IMG/VR virus record: IMGVR_UViG_3300049489_000321
Span: 64,001-128,000 of that record
DNA from: a virus
Direction: 5' to 3' (one strand)
Length of the DNA stretch: 64,000 nucleotides
Part shown: positions 56,057 through 64,000 of the stretch, one piece after another
Layout of the letters: each line of letters opens with the position of its first letter
How positions within the stretch are numbered: position 1 is the first letter of the stretch
Notes under the pieces: model-generated
Database searches by the model: none
What the model was told of the DNA's origin: nothing
The model's input: the letters and a program-made list of their open reading frames with translations, nothing else
Program-made: the position numbers and the translations under genes

Positions 56057-56573
56057 AAATAAGGGTGCTAGTTTCGAAAGAAAGATAGCTACTCGTTTAC
56101 AAGAGTACTGGCGACAAGTTCGTCCTGAGTGTAGCTTTAAGAGGACACCAGGATCTGGCGGATGGGCTAGAGCTAACTCTACCTCCTTCAATGCCAGTGG
56201 AGACATCATTTGCGATGACAAGTCGTTTCCTTGGTGTGTAGAGCTTAAGCACTATAAGAATTTTTCATTAGATGTCCTTTTGTCAAACGATGCTGCCCCT
56301 ATATTAGAGTGGTGGAAGCAAGCAGTTGATGAGACTCCACCAGGAAGTTTTCCGCTCGTAATATGTAAGCGTAATTCTGTGGAAGAAATGGTTATTTTTG
56401 ATTACTTATTATTTCCGACAGCGGACAAGTCTGTAGCTGAGTTGATTTATGGATTTAATCACTACAAGTTCGTAAGACCAGGAGTCAACTCATTGATAAT
56501 GATGACACTAAACGATTTTCTTCGTATTCCGCCAACTGAAATAGATTGTCGAGTTAACAATGGACACATGTAA
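56013..56573 (+). CDS. Holliday junction resolvase, PD-(D/E)XK type
   Basis: KGASFER.IA, RTPGSGG, GDI, VELK, WWKQA..E. Confidence 0.85.
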   Translation: MTKNPTRVAAGKKSKNKGASFERKIATRLQEYWRQVRPECSFKRTPGSGGWARANSTSFNASGDIICDDKSFPWCVELKHYKNFSLDVLLSNDAAPILEWWKQAVDETPPGSFPLVICKRNSVEEMVIFDYLLFPTADKSVAELIYGFNHYKFVRPGVNSLIMMTLNDFLRIPPTEIDCRVNNGHM

Positions 56574-56636
56574 GACATGTAACCAGATACTTTTGAAGTG
56601 TACCTGTCAAAAAAAGGATTTAAATAAAACTTTTAA

Positions 56637-57248
56637 ATGCAATTTGAATCTCCGAACCTAAGAATCTCATTAAACAAACTAGATTTTGGGCGCTGGTCTA
56701 ATCAGCTAAGCAGCGTCAGAGACAACGATCAGATTCTATCCGTCTCTCAAACAAAGGGAGACAACGTGTATTGTCCTAACGGGCACGAATTGCATAGTTG
56801 GGACTATCTTGAAGGTAAAAATACTTTAGATTTTCCTAGTGCTACCTATGACCTTGTTTATCTTTGGAAGGTTCTAGAACACAGAGATTGGGATGCCCAA
56901 AAAGCGCTAGTTAGAGAATCGCTTAGAGTAGTTAAGCCGGGCGGCAAAGTGTTTGCCTTATCCGTAGCGTGTAACGACCAAGAAGAGGTATTCCTTTTTT
57001 TACAAAAACACGGTTTTGATACAAAACAGTTTGAACAAACGAGGCTAAGCAACCGATGTATAGCACAACTGGGTCCACACGGAGCAGCCTTCTTCCAGTC
57101 CCATATTATAATTCCTAATAGAAAAAGGTTCGTTAGTTATCTGGCGGAACAGGGATTCACTGCTACGTTAGAGCAGATGTGGCATGTAAGAGATAACTTC
57201 GGAATAAATCGGTTACACGTGGGGTTGTGTTGGGTGCGTGATGTCTAA
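56637..57248 (+). CDS. Class I SAM methyltransferase-like protein with degenerate motif I
   Basis: LDFPSATYDLV...VLEH...ESLRVVKPGGKV. Confidence 0.6.
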   Translation: MQFESPNLRISLNKLDFGRWSNQLSSVRDNDQILSVSQTKGDNVYCPNGHELHSWDYLEGKNTLDFPSATYDLVYLWKVLEHRDWDAQKALVRESLRVVKPGGKVFALSVACNDQEEVFLFLQKHGFDTKQFEQTRLSNRCIAQLGPHGAAFFQSHIIIPNRKRFVSYLAEQGFTATLEQMWHVRDNFGINRLHVGLCWVRDV

Positions 57249-59088
57249 AAACACCGATAAAACTTCCGATAAAAAGGATAAGAAAAAACCCGTGCCTGGC
57301 AAGCCTAGACAAGCTCCTGCTATTGTCGAAGGCATAAAGCCTTTGGACACGGCTTCCTTACTCAGAGCCGCTGGAGACGAAGAACTACGCATCCTTCAGT
57401 CCAAGAGCTTAGCTGTATGGGCGCAAACCGCTGGACTTAAGGTAGACGGACACTTATTTTCGTTTGACGAACACCGTTACTTACTTCCTATTTACTTGGA
57501 TCGTTCACCTGAGATGGTGTGGCAGAAGGCCGCTCAGCTAGGTGCTACGGTTTATCTACTTTTAAAACTACTTCATTACTGTCGTTACAAGACCGTCAAG
57601 ACCGCTCTGTATTTTCCTACCTCAGACGGCGTAGAAACGCTTTCTAAGGACCGTTTAGGACCATTACTGCGGTCTAACGAGGAGTTGTTTAGAAACGTCT
57701 CTGACGGTAAAGACGGAGGCGTAGATACACTAGGTCTTAAGCACATACGTAATATTAACGACGAAATAAGTTCACTATACATGTTGTTCATGGGTGGTAG
57801 GGCGTCTAAGGACTCTGTTCCTCTAGACGTTCTTGCGTTTGACGAGGTGCGTCTAGTCGAAGAACGCGACATCGACCAGTGTATGGAGAGAATCAGCCAC
57901 AGCACAGTAAAAAATAGAACGTTTATGAGCACTTCTGGTCTTCCATCCAGAGATATTAACAAGCGGTTTATCCACGGTACTCAACTTACCTGGCACAGTA
58001 AGTGTAATTGCACTGATGGTGTCGTTTTAGCAGATAATTGGCCGGATTGCATAGTTGAGCGAAAAGGTGAGGTATTTTACCGTTGTCCAAAATGTAAATA
58101 CATCATTACAGATCCACAAAACGGTTGTTATGTAGCACACAACCCAAGGGGTGACTATCCAAGCTACTCCGTTTCTCAGCTAGAGTCTAAGTTTATCAGC
58201 GCTAAGGACATTTGGACGTTCTACAAGAGAACAACAAATATGCAGGAGTTTTACAATGCTAAGCTTGGTAGACCTTATATTGACGAGAAGGCGCGTCCCA
58301 TTACTGAAGACGTGTTCAATTCTTGCATAAATCCTGATATTAACTGGGCTGTTCATGACCGAGGAAACAAGGCTGTTAGGGCCATGGGCGTAGACCAGCA
58401 CAGCGGTAACTGCTATGCAACCATCTTAGAAAAAGGCAAAGACGGTAAAAAGAAGATTGTCCATTTCGAGATAATTGAGAGTGATAACCCTCGTTATTGG
58501 AAGACAAATAAGGTAACTGGTGCGGTTGGTCCTACCTCTCCGTTTGGAAGGTTGTACGAGATGATGCACGAATTTAACGTAGGTATTTGCGTAGTAGACG
58601 CTATGCCTAACGCTAATGAGGCACAAGAATTTGCACGTAGCTTTCCTGGCAAGGTCTTCATTGCCTGGTACCGAGACACCGGAGCCGACCTAGTATTGTG
58701 GCAGGATAAGACAGTTACCAAGGAAGCAATTCGTAAGGGTTCCAGGGAGTTACGCCTAAAATGGCAAGTAACAATCAACAGATTCATGGCCTTGGATTAT
58801 GCTTTACGTATGTTTGCTGAGGGTGTGTTGCAACTTCCGCCGCCTGGTAAACTACTTCAGGTAGTTAGAAGTGAAGAATCTGGTATGTTTGAGACCGAAG
58901 CTATTATAGAGCGCTTCAAAAAACACGTATGTAGCGTAGTTAAACAGGAAAAAGTGCTTAATGACGAAACCGGCAAATTTAAGATGGAATTTGTCTATTT
59001 ATCCGGCGACCCACATTCCCTTCATTCGTACAGCTACGCTAATATTGCGTTAGAAAGAGTTAAGAATAATTCCATGTGGGTGTTATAA
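57241..59088 (+). CDS. Terminase large subunit (lambda gpA-like)
   Basis: QKAAQLGAT, YFPT, AFDEV, C.C...CPKC zinc motif, FYN.KLG.PY, MGVDQ nuclease motif, DPH. Confidence 0.85.
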   Translation: MSKNTDKTSDKKDKKKPVPGKPRQAPAIVEGIKPLDTASLLRAAGDEELRILQSKSLAVWAQTAGLKVDGHLFSFDEHRYLLPIYLDRSPEMVWQKAAQLGATVYLLLKLLHYCRYKTVKTALYFPTSDGVETLSKDRLGPLLRSNEELFRNVSDGKDGGVDTLGLKHIRNINDEISSLYMLFMGGRASKDSVPLDVLAFDEVRLVEERDIDQCMERISHSTVKNRTFMSTSGLPSRDINKRFIHGTQLTWHSKCNCTDGVVLADNWPDCIVERKGEVFYRCPKCKYIITDPQNGCYVAHNPRGDYPSYSVSQLESKFISAKDIWTFYKRTTNMQEFYNAKLGRPYIDEKARPITEDVFNSCINPDINWAVHDRGNKAVRAMGVDQHSGNCYATILEKGKDGKKKIVHFEIIESDNPRYWKTNKVTGAVGPTSPFGRLYEMMHEFNVGICVVDAMPNANEAQEFARSFPGKVFIAWYRDTGADLVLWQDKTVTKEAIRKGSRELRLKWQVTINRFMALDYALRMFAEGVLQLPPPGKLLQVVRSEESGMFETEAIIERFKKHVCSVVKQEKVLNDETGKFKMEFVYLSGDPHSLHSYSYANIALERVKNNSMWVL

Positions 59089-59096
59089 TAGGACAA

Positions 59097-59762
59097 ATGT
59101 CTGACGACGACGTAATTACTGCTTTGGAAAAGAAGCTAGAAGAAGGTCTAGAAATAGACGAGCAAACTATTATTGATCCTGATGATCGGCGTATGGTGGC
59201 GTATAAGCTACGTCTTAGAGGCCATAATTTTAAAGACATAGGTATAATGCTTAATGTGACTCCTGCGACTGCAAGCAAGTACGTGGATTCTGCCGCTAAG
59301 GCCACTAAACTAAGCATAGATAACTACGATCCAAAGCAGCACGTAGCGGAAATGGCACAATCATTAGAAGACATTATCCATACTGGGTGGGACATAGTGA
59401 ACAACACTGCCGATCCAGAGGTTAAATTAAAAGCACTACAAGAAGTTAGAAAAGCTATAAACGACAAGCAAAAAGCAGTAATGAACGCTGGTTTGATTAG
59501 TGGAGCGGCTCCCACCACTAATAATACGTTGAATTTCAATCTAATGGGAGATTGGACTGAGGACAACATAGACAACGCAATCGCGGCTGTTTTAGGACTA
59601 AGACTAACGACTCCTTTAAAACCGCCTCAGCCTGATTTAGAAGAGGTTGTTGAAGAATCTGCTGTAACTAAAGTTATTGATATTGCTGATGTTGTCGAAG
59701 TGATACCTGTTAAAGTGTCTACTGATGTTGAAGACGAAGATGAAGACGAATATGAGGATTAG
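59097..59762 (+). CDS. HTH protein, possibly terminase small subunit
   Basis: AYKLRLRGHNFKDIGIMLNVTPATASKYV helix-turn-helix, helical oligomer region, acidic tail; adjacent to terL. Confidence 0.55.
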   Translation: MSDDDVITALEKKLEEGLEIDEQTIIDPDDRRMVAYKLRLRGHNFKDIGIMLNVTPATASKYVDSAAKATKLSIDNYDPKQHVAEMAQSLEDIIHTGWDIVNNTADPEVKLKALQEVRKAINDKQKAVMNAGLISGAAPTTNNTLNFNLMGDWTEDNIDNAIAAVLGLRLTTPLKPPQPDLEEVVEESAVTKVIDIADVVEVIPVKVSTDVEDEDEDEYED

Positions 59763-59765
59763 CTT

Positions 59766-59942
59766 ATGGATGATAAAAACGACGGCCGTATATGGTTAAA
59801 TTGTAGATCTTGTAAAAAAGAATTTTATCTAGCTGAAAAAGAGATTAATTTCTTAAAAGAACGTAATTGGGCTTTACCAGCGCGTTGCTTTGGGTGTAGA
59901 CAGTTTGAGAAGGCCCTAAAAGAACGCGACAAGCAAGGCTAG
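59766..59942 (+). CDS. 58-aa zinc-ribbon protein, zf-trcl-like (not in ORF track)
   Basis: LNCRSCKKEFYL...E..FL.ER....PARCFGCR. Confidence 0.7.
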   Translation: MDDKNDGRIWLNCRSCKKEFYLAEKEINFLKERNWALPARCFGCRQFEKALKERDKQG

Positions 59943-59956
59943 TATAGATTTGTCAT

Positions 59957-60595
59957 ATGATAAGTGCTAACACAGATTTAATAGTCATTTTAGTTATTGG
60001 TCGTATAGGTGCAGGGAAATCGACTTTTTGTCGATTAGCTCAAGAAGAATTTGGTGCGCACGTTATCTCTATGGCGGATCCGCTAAAAGAGTTAACTAAG
60101 AATGTATTTGATTTTACTCATGATCAAGTTTATGGTGATTTTACTTCTAAAGAAACGATAGATCCTAGATACGGCGTCTCTCCTAGACATATGCTTCAAA
60201 AACTTGGAGAGCAAGCCAGAGCTTGTATATCAGAAGATGTATGGGTTAATGCTGTTTGGAAACGTATTATAGATATAGATAGACACGGTTATAAAGAAGG
60301 AAAGAGATCATTGGTTGTGGTAGATAGTGTTCGGCACTACAACGAAGTAGAATCCTTTGAAAGACTTCAAAATAGAGGTGCATTAGATCTACAGGTCGTA
60401 AAACTGGTGCCTCTCAATCATGGGCGAGAGTACGGTACCATAGACGCTCACACATCGGAAGCGGCTGTGGACGAAATTCCTAACCATAGCATAAATGCTG
60501 TTTTTGCAAATGACCATGCCATAGGCATAGATGTGTTCCACCATAGCATAAGATCTTGGCTTTTAAGAACCTTGGCGGTGTGGAACCATGCGTAA
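59957..60595 (+). CDS. Deoxynucleoside monophosphate kinase
   Basis: GRIGAGKST P-loop, MADPLKE, SPR..LQ.LG...R, VWV, D.VR..NE, H.SE. Confidence 0.85.
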   Translation: MISANTDLIVILVIGRIGAGKSTFCRLAQEEFGAHVISMADPLKELTKNVFDFTHDQVYGDFTSKETIDPRYGVSPRHMLQKLGEQARACISEDVWVNAVWKRIIDIDRHGYKEGKRSLVVVDSVRHYNEVESFERLQNRGALDLQVVKLVPLNHGREYGTIDAHTSEAAVDEIPNHSINAVFANDHAIGIDVFHHSIRSWLLRTLAVWNHA

Positions 60596-61010
60596 GATGG
60601 TGTTGGGATTTATGCTTGACCATAAGCATGAATTCGTCGCTATGATTAGAAAGCCAAATTCTACAAAATGGAATGGAATTGGTGGAAAAGTGGAAGATAA
60701 CGAATCTTTCCACAACGCCATGGTTAGGGAGTGTAAAGAAGAGACTGGTTTGGATATTCCTTTCTGGATGTACGCTGGTAAGATGTATAAACTCGGTACA
60801 ATGCTTGATATTCACGTTTTTGTAACCGCTACTGACGACGTGTTCAAGGTATTAAGCCAAGAAGAAGGCGTAGTACACTACCAAAGCGTAACCAGTGTTA
60901 TAGACAACACGTTAGAAACAACAGATCATACTCCTGATTTACTTAAAAGAAGTTTAGCTTGTTTTTATTTTGCGCGCCGAATCCCGTTTGACATATTTGT
61001 GGACTGGTAG
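60588..61010 (+). CDS. NUDIX hydrolase
   Basis: GGKVEDNESFHNAMVRECKEETGL Nudix box. Confidence 0.9.
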   Translation: MRKMVLGFMLDHKHEFVAMIRKPNSTKWNGIGGKVEDNESFHNAMVRECKEETGLDIPFWMYAGKMYKLGTMLDIHVFVTATDDVFKVLSQEEGVVHYQSVTSVIDNTLETTDHTPDLLKRSLACFYFARRIPFDIFVDW

Positions 61011-61014
61011 TAGT

Positions 61015-61311
61015 GTGAGCGAGTACCCAGACAGATTTTGTGGTCACTGTGGACGCAAGATGCTGTTGCTGTATCAGTTTTATTATTGTCCAAAGTGTGA
61101 TCCACCAAGATCAGGTAAAAGTGACTGGGACGACGACGAAGTTACTCCGGTAATATCATTTGATTTGAAATGGGAAGAAGACGAAGACGAATATGATTGG
61201 CTACCTCTTAAATCGCCAAAACCCACTCTTCCCTTAGTTGCGTGTACGACGTGCGGAACTGTAGGATACGCAGGCAGTATGTGTGTGAATTGCGGATTAT
61301 TTAGACCATGA
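61015..61311 (+). CDS. Double zinc-ribbon protein
   Basis: CGHCG..CPKC and CTTCG..CVNCG. Confidence 0.55.
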   Translation: MSEYPDRFCGHCGRKMLLLYQFYYCPKCDPPRSGKSDWDDDEVTPVISFDLKWEEDEDEYDWLPLKSPKPTLPLVACTTCGTVGYAGSMCVNCGLFRP

Positions 61312-61508
61312 AAAATTTTCCAATAAGTGATAGGCTTCAAGAAGCTATAAGAAATCTTGCCATTATTGCTATGGAAGAAAACTATAGAATCCTAAAAGGA
61401 ATTCAATTAGTAAAAGGATACCATGGACTTAGGGATCAAGACAGTTTGTATGATGAAATCGAGCTATATGTAGATACTGGGATTGTTAAAATAATGCTTG
61501 AATATTAA
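61308..61508 (+). CDS. Hypothetical protein
   Basis: ATGA coupling. Confidence 0.45.
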   Translation: MKNFPISDRLQEAIRNLAIIAMEENYRILKGIQLVKGYHGLRDQDSLYDEIELYVDTGIVKIMLEY

Positions 61509-61538
61509 TCCAATAATTTTGTAGATGATTCTTGATAT

Positions 61539-62090
61539 ATGAAACCTGCCGCTGCAAAGAAGCATTCTCTCGATCTTCACGATTCTGTTGATCTTGTTGA
61601 CACTATTGTCAGCAACACCGACCGTCTGACTGCAATTCAGGCCGATATTGCAGAAGCTAGGGCTGTCCTGGACGAACAGGTGTCGTCTATGCGTAGGCTT
61701 GCTTCCTATAGCGGCGTACTGATTGGTACGGTCAACGTCCGTGGAAGTAATCGATCTGTAAGCTATACTTTTTCTAATCACCTGACCCGCACCTCTGTTA
61801 CGGCAGAGGACAAGATCCGCGCGGATCTTGGCGAGCACTATGAAACCCTTTTCACCCGTGAGAAGACGGTTAAGGTTCGTGAAGGTGCGATGGACACTCT
61901 TAGAGAGCTACTTGGTGACAGGTTTAACGACCTTTGCGAAGTGACGGAGACCATCGTTCCTAAGCCGGAATTCCGTCAAAACGTTCACGAAATTCGTCAA
62001 ACCCTTGACCCTACCTCTCCTGTTAGGGAAAAGCTGGATACTTACGAGGTTTCGTTCACTGCGAAGCCAAGCATGAAGGTAGGAGGTTAG
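61539..62090 (+). CDS. Hypothetical protein (coiled-coil N-terminus)
   Basis: Clear codon bias and higher GC than neighbours. Confidence 0.65.
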   Translation: MKPAAAKKHSLDLHDSVDLVDTIVSNTDRLTAIQADIAEARAVLDEQVSSMRRLASYSGVLIGTVNVRGSNRSVSYTFSNHLTRTSVTAEDKIRADLGEHYETLFTREKTVKVREGAMDTLRELLGDRFNDLCEVTETIVPKPEFRQNVHEIRQTLDPTSPVREKLDTYEVSFTAKPSMKVGG

Positions 62091-62255
62091 GTGTCTTTTT
62101 TCAAAAAGTCTTGTTGGGCTTGTAAGGGAAACGGATGCGTATTGAACTACGCAGGAATTCCTATTGAGTGTCCTATTTGTGACGATCCTGGTAGTCCGTA
62201 CTACGGCTTTTCGAAGAAGCAGTATGTAAAGCGTCAGAAGGAGGCATTTGGATAA
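62091..62255 (+). CDS. 54-aa zinc-finger protein (not in ORF track)
   Basis: RBS AGGAGG; CWACKGNG...CPIC; TAATG coupling to next gene. Confidence 0.6.
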   Translation: MSFFKKSCWACKGNGCVLNYAGIPIECPICDDPGSPYYGFSKKQYVKRQKEAFG

Positions 62256-62497
62256 TGCTGTACCACAAGAAATTGCCTCTTGATTGGAAGATTATAGAGT
62301 ATGTTGATGATAAAGAAGTCCGTGCTTTTACATACGATTCAGAATTGAATATAGTGGAGTTTTTCTCTGCTTATTATTCCGATGGTTATTGGAGGATGTG
62401 GCAAGATGTAGGTTTTTCGTTGTACTGTGAAGAACTGGATAATTTTATTCGTACTGTGAACAAGGAACGACAATTAAATGGCAAAGACTCCCTTTAG
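62255..62497 (+). CDS. Hypothetical protein
   Basis: RBS AAGGAGG; coupled to neighbours. Confidence 0.55.
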   Translation: MLYHKKLPLDWKIIEYVDDKEVRAFTYDSELNIVEFFSAYYSDGYWRMWQDVGFSLYCEELDNFIRTVNKERQLNGKDSL

Positions 62498-62924
62498 AAT
62501 GCGTAATAAGCCGGTTAAGCCAGTGCGTAAAACACTGAAACACGGAGAATCTCTGTGGCGTGGTCGCTATTCTTTGTCTGAGCTTCTTGAAAAGGCTAAC
62601 GCATACAACGCTAGCTATGATTTCTGTTTTCTAGAATTTGATGAGGGTAGTTACGGAGACGGTCCTTCTATGTCCATGGAAATTAATTGCTCGGAATCAG
62701 ACGACAATTTTCAGCGTCGTATGGACGAATATCATAAGAATCTAGAAAACTACAATGAATGGGCAAAAAAGAACGCTACTGAAATAGCTAAGCGTGAAGA
62801 AGAAGATAGATTAAAAGAAGAACAGAAGCGTCAAAACGCCATTGTAGAGACAGAGAAGCAACGCCTAGCACAGATTAAGAAGCTTGAGAACGAACTTAAA
62901 AAACTAAAGGACGAAAATGTATAA
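62478..62924 (+). CDS. Hypothetical protein with charged coiled-coil C-terminus
   Basis: Packed ORF. Confidence 0.6.
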   Translation: MAKTPFRMRNKPVKPVRKTLKHGESLWRGRYSLSELLEKANAYNASYDFCFLEFDEGSYGDGPSMSMEINCSESDDNFQRRMDEYHKNLENYNEWAKKNATEIAKREEEDRLKEEQKRQNAIVETEKQRLAQIKKLENELKKLKDENV

Positions 62925-63132
62925 GAAAGAAGTTGAAATACCACCGCCTGAGAAACCTACTGAATGGTGGGTTCCTGTTGTTGGTATTGGTATTATAATT
63001 GCCTTGGTCGTAGTAGGTATTTGGACAGTATCTGTTGTATTTAATGGATTCAAGTGGCATTATACAGAAGACTACGATACCGGCGAACATATTAGGCACA
63101 AACCGCATTGGTCTTTGAATCCCGAGTGGTAA
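62917..63132 (+). CDS. Single-TM membrane protein
   Basis: WWVPVVGIGIIIALVVVGIWTVSVVF. Confidence 0.6.
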   Translation: MYKKEVEIPPPEKPTEWWVPVVGIGIIIALVVVGIWTVSVVFNGFKWHYTEDYDTGEHIRHKPHWSLNPEW

Positions 63133-63133
63133 C

Positions 63134-63388
63134 ATGGACATAGACCAACGATTACGCACATTAATGATGGAAGTAGGTTGCTGCGGAACTGACTGCACGG
63201 AAACGTGGAAGTTAGTTCGATCAGTTTTAGCTATTGGCGAAGAACTTGGACGCGAAGAAACAAAACAAGAAATCATGAATTTGGTATTGGATAAAACGGT
63301 AAAAACAACTGTTGATCCAAAAAGAGATTTAATAGATCCTGTGTACGTGTTAAACGATTTATTTAGACTGATAAAAGAAGATATCTAA
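63134..63388 (+). CDS. Hypothetical protein
   Basis: Packed ORF. Confidence 0.5.
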   Translation: MDIDQRLRTLMMEVGCCGTDCTETWKLVRSVLAIGEELGREETKQEIMNLVLDKTVKTTVDPKRDLIDPVYVLNDLFRLIKEDI

Positions 63389-63390
63389 AT

Positions 63391-63708
63391 ATGATTACAC
63401 TGTTTTTTATGATGATTGCGATGCTGTTTGTAGGAGCAATGATTTGCGATGCCCAAAAGCATAGTTGTTGTTACGACGGTCCTTGTGTGTCTACCCTAGA
63501 CTGTGATATCTGTGGTTGTGAGATTACGTGTCAAGAGGAAGACGGTACGTGGCAACCAGATAAGGACGTTATTTGTGACGAATGTGGTGCGTCATATATC
63601 CTAAATGTTGACGAAGATAGCGAAGACGTTTGGCTAAATCTAAACCAAACAGGTTACGAACGAGTTGTTGAGTTGGAGAAAACCATTAGAAAGTTTGCTA
63701 ACAAATGA
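63391..63708 (+). CDS. TM/signal-anchored zinc-ribbon protein
   Basis: Hydrophobic N-terminus; CDICG...CDECG. Confidence 0.55.
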   Translation: MITLFFMMIAMLFVGAMICDAQKHSCCYDGPCVSTLDCDICGCEITCQEEDGTWQPDKDVICDECGASYILNVDEDSEDVWLNLNQTGYERVVELEKTIRKFANK

Positions 63709-64000
63709 AAAATAGCTGGAAAACAGAAACCAAAGCACTCATAGAAATGGGTGCTAAAATGATTGCCGTAGATCTAGGCCAATCCGCTTTAGACGAAGTG
63801 GAGAACCTATCTGCGGCTTTGTCGGTTGCGGAGGAGCACGTTACAGAGCTTAAAGCAATGCCCCGCTGGGCTCTGTCCGAGAAGCCACACAACCTGTCGA
63901 TGGCAGAGATGACTGCGCTGGTGAAGCGCGAGCGAGAAAAAGGTGCCACCGACGAGCGCGCTCGCATCGTGGCGTGGTTGCGCGCCAAAAAGTACGGACC
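63705..64000 (+). CDS. Hypothetical protein, truncated by window end
   Basis: ATGA-coupled ORF MKNSWKTETKAL...ERARIVAWLRAKKYG, open to the end of the window. Confidence 0.55.
   Translation, partial: MKNSWKTETKALIEMGAKMIAVDLGQSALDEVENLSAALSVAEEHVTELKAMPRWALSEKPHNLSMAEMTALVKREREKGATDERARIVAWLRAKKYG

Noticed and set aside
56560-56661. Small Cys-rich ORF with an A AAA AAG slippery site that might fuse to the methyltransferase-like gene
   Set aside because: The -1 frame hits TAA at 56625, before the MTase start, so no fusion is possible.
36347-59088. Inteins or group I introns in helicases, RNR, PolA, RecA or TerL
   Set aside because: Protein lengths are compact, catalytic motifs are contiguous, and no splice-junction signatures or split ORFs were seen.
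1-64000. Minus-strand ORFs in the track
   Set aside because: They are antisense shadows of well-supported + strand genes, without recognisable motifs.
1-64000. Stop-codon reassignment (prompted by the tandem TAG tails of RNR)
   Set aside because: Conserved genes are full-length in the standard code, and TAG ends the capsid, helicase and recA genes at their expected termini.
1-64000. CRISPR arrays, tRNA or rRNA genes, integrase
   Set aside because: Intergenic gaps are short and show no repeat-spacer or cloverleaf patterns, and no recombinase motifs were seen. Checked by eye only.

Overview
A 64-kb segment of a large (probably >100 kb) tailed dsDNA phage with a contractile tail. GC is roughly 40% by eye, and essentially all genes lie on the + strand under the standard genetic code. 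Bases 1-35,900 form a virion module of SPO1/phage K (Herelleviridae-like) type: the C-terminus of the major capsid protein, neck and terminator proteins, tail sheath, tube, assembly chaperone, tape measure, hub, spike, baseplate wedge and fibres, plus membrane/lysis-type genes. Bases 35,900-64,000 hold replication, recombination and nucleotide-metabolism genes (UvsW-like helicase, class II RNR, DnaB-like helicase, adenine MTase, PolA, ThyX, UvsY-like, gp32-like SSB, RecA, MazG-like, Mre11/Rad50, RNase H, resolvase, dNMP kinase, NUDIX), a lambda gpA-type terminase and many small ORFs. Five observations stand out. (i) A 6.7-kb cassette separates sheath from tube; it carries two paralogous ~430-aa proteins, each followed by members of a 49-aa helical-hairpin microprotein family, and the first paralogue is preceded by a (TA)9 tract. 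(ii) A putative +1 ribosomal frameshift at UCC UUU CGA in the tail chaperone. (iii) A spherulin-4/GH135 glycoside hydrolase in the tail/lysis region. (iv) An in-frame duplicated C-terminal cysteine tail (CKSGVCDV*YCAGGACDV*) after the RNR stop codon, next to an HNH endonuclease. (v) A repeated module, apparently nested within itself, in the baseplate proteins. All calls rest on motif recognition by eye; no database search was run, and the host (possibly myxobacterial) is only inferred.
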